64,000 nt of DNA from an uncultured bacterium (GTDB lineage: Bacteria; Fidelibacterota; Marinisomatia; Marinisomatales; TCS56): positions 28,733 to 92,732 of the forward strand of contig CAYPJE010000007.1 in the NCBI GenBank assembly GCA_964410945.1, in the 5' to 3' direction. The position numbers and the translations under genes are program-made. The notes beneath the pieces are model-generated. The model saw nothing but the letters and a program-made list of their open reading frames with translations. It was not told the DNA's origin and did not search any database. Positions 25,499 to 34,277 of the stretch are shown here, one piece after another (positions within the stretch are counted from its first letter, which is position 1; each line of letters starts with the position of its first letter).

Positions 25499-27205
25499 AT
25501 GTTACACAAATCATTGATTCGTATAATTGTAGTTCTCATATTGATGTCCGGGGTTATGCCACTGCAAGCCCAGGATAAATCCACTAAATCCAGCAGCACC
25601 AAAACGGTGAGAAAGAAGAAGCCAACCCAGGATTCTTCCGATAAATCCCAGACTGCCAAACGGCCGACGGCAACCAGGAAAAAGCCCAGTACCAGTGCCA
25701 ACCGGCAATCAGCCACGCGCAAAACCAGCACGGCTAATCAGTCACGAACAAAAACAGCAACCTCGAGCAAGAAAAAACCTGCTTCCACTACCAGTAGTCG
25801 ATCGTCTGCCTCTAAGAAGAGACCGACTGCTTCAAAATCAACTGCCAGCGATCCTAAGCGTAGAACATCCACCAGCCGCAAGCAACCGGCCCGGCGTACT
25901 AAAGCAGCGGTGAGTAGACCCCCGGTACCTAAAGTCAATACCGTTAAAATGGCCGACGATATTTATTCCCTGACTGATGAACTCACTACCAGTTCCCGGC
26001 AGATGCAGCAGGCTTTATCCTATCTTCAGCCGATAACTAAAAGGCCGGCGGTACGCCTTGAATCAAAGGCGACGGTAAGTTTGGCCGAACTGGAACGCCA
26101 GGCTGACCAGAAACAGGATGATCTGAAAATTCAGCGGCAGCTGGCCAAAGAATACGAGCACCAGCAGAATTATGATGCGGCCATGGATATTTATCTTCGC
26201 ATGGTTTACAGTCAACCCCATAATCCCAACAGCCATTATTATCTGGGCAGCTATTATAATTCCATAAATTCTCCCCAAAAAGCCCGGCAGGCCTTCGAAG
26301 AGGCCTTACTGATCGATCCTAATCACTCGGCTACAATTGCAGCAATGGCCAATTATCCCGACCGGCGGAAAACACCAATGGTTGAAGAGATAAAACCGTT
26401 GTCGATGGATCAGCCCGCCGGCCAGATGAACGCCATTAAACGGGAATTGGACGCCGGCAATCTGAATGCCTCGCTGATCCTGATCGGAAAAGCCCAAACC
26501 GAGTTTCCCGATCAGGTTGGATTTGTATATCTGGAAGGCGTGGTTTACACCAGACAGGGACAGGTGGAAAAAGCCAAGACAGCCTATCTCCGGGCGACCC
26601 GTGTCGATCCCGATCACCAGGATACCCACCAGGCCCTGGCTGATATGTATTTTGAACAGGGTGTGTATCTGTATGCTGCCTTGTCCTGTGCCCAGGTCGT
26701 GCGTCTCGATCCTTTGAATATTTCGTTCCGATTTCGGCAGGGTATGTCATTTTTCCTGGCCGGAGAATGGGGCCGGGCAATATCTGCCTGGGAAGATTTA
26801 CTCCATTATGCCCCACGCAATTCTGACGTGAAGCAATATTTACCACAGGCCTATTACATATTGGCTACCGAGTACAACCGGCGGGGACAGTCATCACTGG
26901 GGCGAGAATCGTTTAATCGGGCACTGAGTGTTAATAATAATGCCCATTCCTGGTTACCGGGTGCCTTAACCGTTCTTGGCAAGTATTATCGCGAGCAGGG
27001 TTTCTTCAAGGAATCACTGACAGCGTTGCAGGAAGTGATCGAATTACAGCCCAAAGCGGCCGAAGCCTATACCGAAATCGGGATTACCTATTGGAAAATG
27101 GATGAGCACCGGCTGGCCCGTGCTGCCTGGCAACGCAGCCTGGAATTGCAACCGGCCAACAACGCCGCCCAGGGCTGGTTGATTCTCAGTCGCCAGAGTG
27201 GCTGA
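25499..27205 (+). CDS. secreted/anchored TPR-repeat protein with about 130-aa polybasic Ser/Thr/Lys/Arg-rich low-complexity region
   Basis: Signal-like MLHKSLIRIIVVLILMSGVMPLQAQ, then KSTKSSSTKTVRKKKPTQ...RRTKAAVSRPP, then multiple TPR-like helices (YYLGSYY, AYLRATRVDPDH, AYTEIGITYWK). Confidence 0.75.
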   Translation: MLHKSLIRIIVVLILMSGVMPLQAQDKSTKSSSTKTVRKKKPTQDSSDKSQTAKRPTATRKKPSTSANRQSATRKTSTANQSRTKTATSSKKKPASTTSSRSSASKKRPTASKSTASDPKRRTSTSRKQPARRTKAAVSRPPVPKVNTVKMADDIYSLTDELTTSSRQMQQALSYLQPITKRPAVRLESKATVSLAELERQADQKQDDLKIQRQLAKEYEHQQNYDAAMDIYLRMVYSQPHNPNSHYYLGSYYNSINSPQKARQAFEEALLIDPNHSATIAAMANYPDRRKTPMVEEIKPLSMDQPAGQMNAIKRELDAGNLNASLILIGKAQTEFPDQVGFVYLEGVVYTRQGQVEKAKTAYLRATRVDPDHQDTHQALADMYFEQGVYLYAALSCAQVVRLDPLNISFRFRQGMSFFLAGEWGRAISAWEDLLHYAPRNSDVKQYLPQAYYILATEYNRRGQSSLGRESFNRALSVNNNAHSWLPGALTVLGKYYREQGFFKESLTALQEVIELQPKAAEAYTEIGITYWKMDEHRLARAAWQRSLELQPANNAAQGWLILSRQSG

Positions 27206-27236
27206 CTTATATTTGTCCCAGACCAGTATTCCAACG

Positions 27237-28358
27237 ATGAAAATACCAGCAATACCATTCCTGATTTTGATCTGTATAATAACAGTTGTAAGTGGCCAGG
27301 AACCGGAAGATTCAATGATCTGGCGCGGGATCAAAGCCTGGTATAATTATGATACGGAACGATCAGTAAGAATACTTGATTCAGCCCGGGTTCTATATCC
27401 CGATCATCCCACCGTCCACCTGGTATATGCCGCCGCCCGTTACCAGCACAGCCAGGCGACTGATCCGATCGAGGAAAATTATCGAATCCTTGAGAATGAC
27501 CTGGCGGAAATCATTCCGGTCTATGACAGCCTGGTGCAAGCGCACCCGGAAAAACCGGTTTACCGATTGTACCAGGGCTCGGCCATTGGACTCAAAGCCC
27601 GTGTCCACCTGGGACGTAAAGAGTGGCTGAAAACACTGTGGTCGGCTTACCAGGGATTCTCTATAATTAATGCCGTAGCCAGGGAAAATCCAGAACTGAT
27701 CGATGCCCAATTGCCTGTTGGGGTGGTAGAATATTATGCGGAATTGAGCGGTTATCTCGTGCGTCTGGCTGCCGGATTTTTTGGATTGGAGCCATCCTTT
27801 GATGAGGGACGTAAAGCAATTGTAAAAGCAGCCAATGAAGGAGAATTTGCCTGGATCGAAGCTAAAAGTATTCTGGTCTATCTGTATATCTATATCGAAG
27901 ACCGGCCTGAATTGGCATTACCACACCTGTCGGATTTGATCAGCCATTTCCCCGGAAACTGGTATTACAGGCAGCTATATACCGAATCACTGTTGAAGAC
28001 CGGGGATTTGGAACAGGGTTTCAGATCGCTGGAATATATCGACCTTGAATATAATTCGTTAACTACCTGCAACAAGGTGAATTTCGGTGGCTATCTGCAG
28101 TATGAGTGGGCTCTTTATCATTTCCTCAGTGGCGATTTGAAGGCAGCGGAAACCGCCCTGGATTCTGTGATCTCCGACTATCAGGCCGAACTTGATGCGA
28201 TCCTGGCCTGTTCATACCTGTTGCATGGTAAGATCATGGATATCCATGGAAATCGGGCTGAGGCGATCGAAGCTTACCGGAAGGCCATTGCCCTGGATAA
28301 TTTCACCTACCCGGTCAAAGAGGCGGAAACCTACCTTGAGGAACCTTTCAAACCATAA
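27237..28358 (+). CDS. secreted hypothetical protein, TPR-like helical repeats
   Basis: Signal peptide MKIPAIPFLILICIITVVSGQ. The C-terminal AIEAYRKAIALD is TPR-like. An alternative GTG start at 27198 overlaps the upstream stop. Confidence 0.6.
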   Translation: MKIPAIPFLILICIITVVSGQEPEDSMIWRGIKAWYNYDTERSVRILDSARVLYPDHPTVHLVYAAARYQHSQATDPIEENYRILENDLAEIIPVYDSLVQAHPEKPVYRLYQGSAIGLKARVHLGRKEWLKTLWSAYQGFSIINAVARENPELIDAQLPVGVVEYYAELSGYLVRLAAGFFGLEPSFDEGRKAIVKAANEGEFAWIEAKSILVYLYIYIEDRPELALPHLSDLISHFPGNWYYRQLYTESLLKTGDLEQGFRSLEYIDLEYNSLTTCNKVNFGGYLQYEWALYHFLSGDLKAAETALDSVISDYQAELDAILACSYLLHGKIMDIHGNRAEAIEAYRKAIALDNFTYPVKEAETYLEEPFKP

Positions 28359-28402
28359 TCAATTGGAGGTTCTGATGGATTCAATTAATTTTAAAGGTCA
28401 TT

Positions 28403-29476
28403 ATGGTTGAGCGCCGGAAAACAAGACAGGTAATGGTGGGTGATATCCCGATTGGAGGAAGTGCCCCGATTCCCGTACAATCGATGACAACTACCAAGAC
28501 GCACGATGTGGCGGCTACCCGGGCTGAAATTGAACGGCTGGAAGAGGCCGGTTGCCAGATAATCAGAGTAACGGTGCCGGATGAACCGGCTGCCAAGGCA
28601 CTGGCGGAAATAAGAAAAAATATGAATGTCCCGTTAGTGGCGGATATCCATTTTAATTACCGGATGGCCCTGGCCGCAGTAGATGCCGGTGCCGATAAGA
28701 TTCGGATCAATCCCGGGAATATCGGTTCGGACGAACGGGTCAGGGAAGTTCTGGATAAGGTCAAGGGAGCCAAATTGCCAATTCGGATCGGTGTGAATGC
28801 CGGCAGCCTCGAGAAAGATTTGATTGAAAAATATGGTTTCCCCACCGCCGAAGCCATGGTTGAAAGTGCCCGGCGCCATATTACGATCTGTGAGGAAAAT
28901 AATTTCACTGAACTTGTAGTCTCATTGAAGGCCTCTGATGTTAATCTGATGATTGATGCCTACCGGTTATTCTCTGAGAAATATGATTACCCGGTTCATC
29001 TGGGGGTTACCGAAGCCGGGCCGACCCGTTCGGGGACGATCAAATCGGCGATTGGAATCGGCACTTTGCTGGCCGAAGGGATTGGCGATACAATCCGGGT
29101 CAGCCTGACCGATGATCCGGTGGAAGAAGTGCGTGCCGGATTTGAGATACTGAAATCCCTGGGATTAGCCAGTAAGGGAGTCACTATTGTGGCTTGCCCG
29201 ACGTGTGGGCGGCTGGAAGTGGATCTGTTTAAAATTGCCGGTGAAATGGAAGAACGGCTGAAAAATGTCAAGACGCCACTGTCGCTGGCACTGATGGGCT
29301 GTGCGGTCAACGGCCCGGGAGAAGCCAGCCACACCGACCTAGGAATTGCCTTTGGAAAAGGCGGCGGATTATTGTACTATAAGGGCCGGAGTATGGGCCG
29401 TGTAAAAGAAAATGAAGCCATTGACCGGCTAATGGAGTTGATCCAGGAATTTGAAGCAACGGAAGGGGAACGCTGA
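28403..29476 (+). CDS. ispG: 4-hydroxy-3-methylbut-2-en-1-yl diphosphate synthase (flavodoxin)
   Basis: RRKTRQVMVGDIPIGG..PIPVQSMT N-terminus, RVTVPD, ADIHF, RINPGN and the Cys ligands CPTCGR...GCAVNGPGE. Confidence 0.93.
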   Translation: MVERRKTRQVMVGDIPIGGSAPIPVQSMTTTKTHDVAATRAEIERLEEAGCQIIRVTVPDEPAAKALAEIRKNMNVPLVADIHFNYRMALAAVDAGADKIRINPGNIGSDERVREVLDKVKGAKLPIRIGVNAGSLEKDLIEKYGFPTAEAMVESARRHITICEENNFTELVVSLKASDVNLMIDAYRLFSEKYDYPVHLGVTEAGPTRSGTIKSAIGIGTLLAEGIGDTIRVSLTDDPVEEVRAGFEILKSLGLASKGVTIVACPTCGRLEVDLFKIAGEMEERLKNVKTPLSLALMGCAVNGPGEASHTDLGIAFGKGGGLLYYKGRSMGRVKENEAIDRLMELIQEFEATEGER

Positions 29477-29916
29477 TGCGTTGGTTTCTCGTTATCCTAT
29501 TTTTATCCTCCCTGGTGATTGGGCAGGATAATGAACCAGTGGAATCTTTGTCACCGGTCGTCGTCTATTGGAAGACCCTGTCACAGGAGGAAAAGGAAAT
29601 TTTTCTGTTTTCTTATCTGACACAGGTTTACGAGACCCATAACGCCATGCAGAAACAGCTTGGTTATGGTGAAATAACCACCTGGTACTATGAAAACCAG
29701 GCCGAACTGGTGTATGGAGTATTCGATGCCCTGGAAAGCGTGGATATTAAGGAATTTGTCGGGTGGATCAATCAGTTCTATAACCATGAAGATTTCATGA
29801 ACCGGCCCTTTGTCGAAGCACTGGAATTTGCTTTTCGCTACCAGCAGGCCGCCGGGGAATCGATCTGGGAAAAATACCAGAATCTGGAATATGACCGGAT
29901 CAAACCCGGGGATTGA
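29476..29916 (+). CDS. secreted hypothetical protein
   Basis: ATG overlaps the ispG stop. Signal peptide MRWFLVILFLSSLVIGQ. Confidence 0.5.
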   Translation: MRWFLVILFLSSLVIGQDNEPVESLSPVVVYWKTLSQEEKEIFLFSYLTQVYETHNAMQKQLGYGEITTWYYENQAELVYGVFDALESVDIKEFVGWINQFYNHEDFMNRPFVEALEFAFRYQQAAGESIWEKYQNLEYDRIKPGD

Positions 29917-30043
29917 CCGTATGTAAACAATAACTGAATCCCGGAAGGGAAATATAGACAGGGGTGTCATATGTTTTGTTTAATTTTTTGTATAGTATCT
30001 GATTGTGGATCATCCGCTGATCCCGGCTGCCACGGATAATTCC

Positions 30044-31582
30044 ATGCTTGCTAAAGTATTAAGCAGTGCTGTATTGGGTATCGATGCCTATATCGTCGAA
30101 GTGGAAACACATCTTACAGGAGCCAAACTTCCCAAATTCATTACAGTGGGCCTGCCGGAAGGGGCCGTCCGGGAAAGTAAAGAGCGGGTGCAGGCGGCGG
30201 TCCGTAACAGCGGATTCAGATTTCCAACTAAACATGTTACCGTAAACCTGGCTCCAGCCGATATTCGCAAGGAGGGTAGTGCTTTCGATCTGCCTATGGC
30301 AGTCGGTATTCTGGCCGCTTCCGGGTATGTCAGACGCGATTATCTTGGGAGTATTGTTCTGTTGGGTGAACTGGCTCTGGATGGCGGGTTACGGCCGATT
30401 AAAGGGGCTCTCCCATTGGCGATTGCCGCCCGTCAGGCGGGAATCAAAGGCTTGATCCTGCCAATTGAAAATGCCAGTGAAGCCGCCATCGTTGAAGAAG
30501 TTAAAGTACTGGGTGTTTCCAGTTTGAATGATGTGGTGGGAATATTGAATGGTGAACAGCACTATCAACCGACCAGTGTGGACCGGAAGAAGCTCTTCGA
30601 TGCCAGCCGACGGTACAGTCTTGATTTTTCCGAAGTGAAAAGCCAGGAACAGGTCAAGCGGGCTCTGGAAGTTGCCGCTGCCGGCAGCCACAACGTGATT
30701 ATGATCGGCCCGCCTGGCAGTGGTAAAACCATGCTGGCTAAACGACTGCCGACGATTTTACCCGACCTGGTACTGGATGAAGCACTGGAGACAACTAAAA
30801 TTCATTCCGTGGCGGGATTACTGCCGGCTGAGCAGGGATTGATCGCCACCCGGCCTTTCCGGTCGCCCCATCATTCAATCAGCGATGCCGGCCTGATCGG
30901 TGGCGGTACGGTGCCCAAGCCGGGGGAGGTGAGTCTGTCGCACAACGGTGTCCTGTTTCTGGATGAACTGCCGGAGTTCAAGAAAAATGTGCTGGAATTG
31001 TTGCGTCAGCCCCTGGAGAGTGGTGAAGTAACCATTGCACGGGCCAGTATGTCATTGTGCTATCCGGCCCGTTTCATGCTGATTGCAGCCATGAATCCTT
31101 GTCCCTGTGGTTATGCTACAGACCCGCATAACGACTGTACCTGTACCGGCCAGATGATCCAGAAATATATGAGCCGGATATCCGGACCACTCCTGGACCG
31201 AATCGATATTCATATCGAAGTACCGGCGGTTCCGTTCACCGATCTGGCTGAAAAACCGCCGGGGGAACCTTCAGGCAATATTAAAAGGCGCATTCAGCAG
31301 ACACGGATGGTGCAGTTGGAGCGCTTTTCCCCGGTGAAGGGTCAATATGCCAATTCCCAGATGGAATCGGCTGATCTGACGAAATACTGTCAGATTGATA
31401 AAAGCGGGAGTGAACTGCTAAAGACGGCAATGGAACGACTGGGCCTATCGGCACGAGCCTATGATCGGATACTTAAAGTATCCCGTACGATCGCCGACCT
31501 GGAGGAATCTGTTGACATAAATCCGAATCATCTGAGTGAGGCGATACAGTATCGCAGCCTGGACCGGCAGATGTGGGTGTGA
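30044..31582 (+). CDS. comM: YifB/ComM-family Mg-chelatase-like AAA+ ATPase
   Basis: The MLAKVLSSAVLGIDAYIVEVE N-terminus is typical of the family. Walker A GPPGSGKT, Walker B VLFLDE and the Cys-rich CPCGY...CTC insert. Confidence 0.9.
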   Translation: MLAKVLSSAVLGIDAYIVEVETHLTGAKLPKFITVGLPEGAVRESKERVQAAVRNSGFRFPTKHVTVNLAPADIRKEGSAFDLPMAVGILAASGYVRRDYLGSIVLLGELALDGGLRPIKGALPLAIAARQAGIKGLILPIENASEAAIVEEVKVLGVSSLNDVVGILNGEQHYQPTSVDRKKLFDASRRYSLDFSEVKSQEQVKRALEVAAAGSHNVIMIGPPGSGKTMLAKRLPTILPDLVLDEALETTKIHSVAGLLPAEQGLIATRPFRSPHHSISDAGLIGGGTVPKPGEVSLSHNGVLFLDELPEFKKNVLELLRQPLESGEVTIARASMSLCYPARFMLIAAMNPCPCGYATDPHNDCTCTGQMIQKYMSRISGPLLDRIDIHIEVPAVPFTDLAEKPPGEPSGNIKRRIQQTRMVQLERFSPVKGQYANSQMESADLTKYCQIDKSGSELLKTAMERLGLSARAYDRILKVSRTIADLEESVDINPNHLSEAIQYRSLDRQMWV

Positions 31583-31708
31583 ACACCGAATAAGTATTTG
31601 TTTAATAACTGTGTTGTAGATTAAACTTGAACGCCTGGGCGTGGGGAAGGGCAATAAATTCAAACTGATACTTTTAAGTGCAATGAATAAAATCCGGAGG
31701 ACTTTGTT

Positions 31709-32044
31709 ATGACCAGACCAATTGCCAGTCTATTCATTATTTTATTTTCAGGACTATTAGTTGCTCAGGATGTGGGGCATAATCTGAAAGTGCTTAAGCC
31801 AGCCGGCAAAGCCGAATTGAAACAGGTGATGGATTCCTTTACCGATGAACTGGGGGTTGAATGTGTTTTCTGCCATAACATGCGCGATAAATCCAGCGAT
31901 GAAAAAAAACATAAACAGATTGCCCGGAAAATGCTGGAAATGACACTTGATATCAATACCGAGTATTTCAGCTGGGAGGGAGCCGATCAAATCAGTTGCT
32001 GGACCTGCCATCAGGGACATAAGGAACCGGTGGAGCGCGAGTAG
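31709..32044 (+). CDS. small secreted dihaem c-type cytochrome
   Basis: Signal peptide plus two CxxCH motifs (CVFCHN and CWTCHQ). Confidence 0.75.
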   Translation: MTRPIASLFIILFSGLLVAQDVGHNLKVLKPAGKAELKQVMDSFTDELGVECVFCHNMRDKSSDEKKHKQIARKMLEMTLDINTEYFSWEGADQISCWTCHQGHKEPVERE

Positions 32045-32047
32045 CGG

Positions 32048-32467
32048 ATGTATCATTGGGATAATATCCACCCGCTGTTCATCCATTTTCCGATCGCTCT
32101 GCTGGCAGCGGGTTTCGTATTCGATTTCTTTGGACACTGGTGCAGCAGGAGCCAATTACTGAAGGCCGGGTGGTATAATCAGCTACTGGGAGTGCTATCT
32201 ATCTTTTTCGCAATCATTACCGGCCTCATGGCTGACAGTAAATACGGATCACTGCAGGATTTATTTCCGATCTACAACAACCACGGTCCGGTCATGCTGA
32301 TAATGTCTGTTTTATTATTTGTACCAGTGATTATCCGCATCAGGAACGAAGGCCGGCTGCCAGGAAAACCGATCCATGCGAATTATTACCTGATCTTTGA
32401 AGCACTGGTGATCGTTCTACTGTTTTATGGAGCCCACCTGGGGGCGGTTTTAGGCGATCGGTTGTGA
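32048..32467 (+). CDS. DUF2231-like integral membrane protein
   Basis: HPLFIHFPIALL N-terminal motif and four hydrophobic helices. Only 3 nt downstream of the cytochrome gene. Confidence 0.65.
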   Translation: MYHWDNIHPLFIHFPIALLAAGFVFDFFGHWCSRSQLLKAGWYNQLLGVLSIFFAIITGLMADSKYGSLQDLFPIYNNHGPVMLIMSVLLFVPVIIRIRNEGRLPGKPIHANYYLIFEALVIVLLFYGAHLGAVLGDRL

Positions 32468-32546
32468 TTTACTTTCATCTGTTAAAATATTTTCTAAGGT
32501 TCTATATTATAACCATGTTCTAAATGGGAAAGCGTAGGAAAACCAT

Positions 32547-33002
32547 ATGATCAGAGGTTTTATTAATAAACAATTATCAGTTATAATCATTCTGGTTTTG
32601 CCGGGGTTAATTCTGGCAGCCAGTAAAAAGGAGATTCAGGCCGCCCTCGATAAATGTTCCGAGGAGAAAACAGCCGTTGAATCCCAATTATCAGATCTGG
32701 AAGGCCGGATGAGTAATCTTAGCCAGAAGAATACATTGTTGGAAGCCCAGATCAATGACCAGAAAGAGGAGATTGAGCGCTTAAAAGCCGAACTGGCCCA
32801 GCTGCCCATAGAGGAATTTGAAGCATTACAGATCAAGATTACCGAAATCCAGGATGTCAAAAATAGTATAATTGCTACTTTGGACGAACGGATGGAGCTG
32901 AAAGACCGGGCTCTGGAACAGTTATCACAGCAGAAAACACAGTTGGAACAACAGATCGAGGTGCTGGAGACCGAACTGACCAAGTCGCAGGTACGGCCTT
33001 AA
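32547..33002 (+). CDS. membrane-anchored/secreted coiled-coil protein
   Basis: N-terminal hydrophobic segment followed by about 120 aa of heptad-like E/Q/L-rich sequence. Confidence 0.5.
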   Translation: MIRGFINKQLSVIIILVLPGLILAASKKEIQAALDKCSEEKTAVESQLSDLEGRMSNLSQKNTLLEAQINDQKEEIERLKAELAQLPIEEFEALQIKITEIQDVKNSIIATLDERMELKDRALEQLSQQKTQLEQQIEVLETELTKSQVRP

Positions 33003-33072
33003 TAAATATCCGCAGTAAAGCTGTTCAACCCATTTATTATTTATAAACTTTGCCATCAAAATTGAGAGTAGT

Positions 33073-33474
33073 ATGAATAATAAATACGAAATCGGTGCCT
33101 CTGTTTCCATCGAACATACATTTCATGCCCAGGATGTTGAAGTATTTGCCCAACTGAGCAGTGATAATAATCCGGTCCATCTGGATGAGGAATATGCCGC
33201 CGGAACCCGGTTTGGTAAACGGATTGTCCACGGGATGCTGGTGGCCAGCCGATTCAGTACGATATTCGGTACCATTTTCCCCGGTGAAGGGGCTATTTAC
33301 CTGGGACAGAATCTGCGCTTCACAGCCCCGGTCTACCTGGGAGATACAATAACTTATACCGTGGAAATCACTGCCATTCGTGATGATAAACCAATTGCTA
33401 CCTTTGCCACCGAAGCTGTGAATTCCAGCGGTGAAATAGTGATTAATGGTGAGGCGACCATCCTGTTGCCCTAA
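33073..33474 (+). CDS. MaoC-like (R)-specific enoyl-CoA hydratase/dehydratase
   Basis: Hot-dog hydratase motif DNNPVHLDEEYA....FGKRIVHGML. Confidence 0.85.
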   Translation: MNNKYEIGASVSIEHTFHAQDVEVFAQLSSDNNPVHLDEEYAAGTRFGKRIVHGMLVASRFSTIFGTIFPGEGAIYLGQNLRFTAPVYLGDTITYTVEITAIRDDKPIATFATEAVNSSGEIVINGEATILLP

Positions 33475-34175
33475 TCAGTCTCATGAACCATTGGTACGAA
33501 ACGTACCGCCAGAATTCTCTCTTTACTGATATTGCCTTTTCGATCTTTGGAGACAACCAGCAGTTCCTGGCTCCACCACTGGGGGCCGCAGGGCAGGACC
33601 ATGATGCCGCCCGGTCTCAGCTGTTCAATTAATTTTGGTGGTATTTCCTCTGGTGCTGCCGTGACTATAATCCGGTCAAATGGCGCCTCCTCCGGCCAGC
33701 CCTGGTAGCCGTCACCGGCCCGGACCGTAATGTTTGAGTAACCAAGTGAATCCAGCAGCGTTGCCGCCCGTTCAGCCAATCCGGGCAGGATTTCGATGGT
33801 AAACACCTCCTGCACCAAAGGCGATAAAACAGCCGCCTGGTAACCGGAGCCGGTACCGATCTCCAATACTTTAGCTTCCGGGAAGGGGTGCAGCAATTCA
33901 GTCATAAGGGCTACGATATAGGGCTGGCTGATGGTCTGATCCAAGCCGATCGGTAATGGTCCATCGGAATAGGCCTGTTCACGTAAATTGCGCGGAACAA
34001 ACTGGTGGCGGGGGGTCGACCACATTACAGAAAGAACATCAGAATCGGTTATTCCTCGCCGGATCAACTGGTTATCCACCATATTTGATCGTTGAATACG
34101 ATATGTATCGGTTGGCTGTCCAGCGATTGTTATTGGAATGACAATCAGAAATAGCAGGATATGCAGATATTTCAT
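33471..34175 (-). CDS. pcm: protein-L-isoaspartate O-methyltransferase
   Basis: TISQPYIVALM and SAM motif VLEIGTGSGYQAAVL. An N-terminal signal-like segment is present. Confidence 0.88.
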   Translation of the reverse strand: MKYLHILLFLIVIPITIAGQPTDTYRIQRSNMVDNQLIRRGITDSDVLSVMWSTPRHQFVPRNLREQAYSDGPLPIGLDQTISQPYIVALMTELLHPFPEAKVLEIGTGSGYQAAVLSPLVQEVFTIEILPGLAERAATLLDSLGYSNITVRAGDGYQGWPEEAPFDRIIVTAAPEEIPPKLIEQLRPGGIMVLPCGPQWWSQELLVVSKDRKGNISKERILAVRFVPMVHETD

Positions 34176-34277
34176 ATGCTAAATAATAAACCGTGGATGC
34201 CAGTCTGTCAACCTGTATCGATGGTCGATTTAATCCATGATGCCGTGTAAATTCGAGCTGTTGATATATCAATTATT

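Noticed and set aside
25511-25938. Short minus- and plus-strand ORFs over the polybasic tract
   Set aside because: They are a low-complexity, stop-poor artefact of the Lys/Ser/Thr/Arg-rich coding region of the TPR protein.
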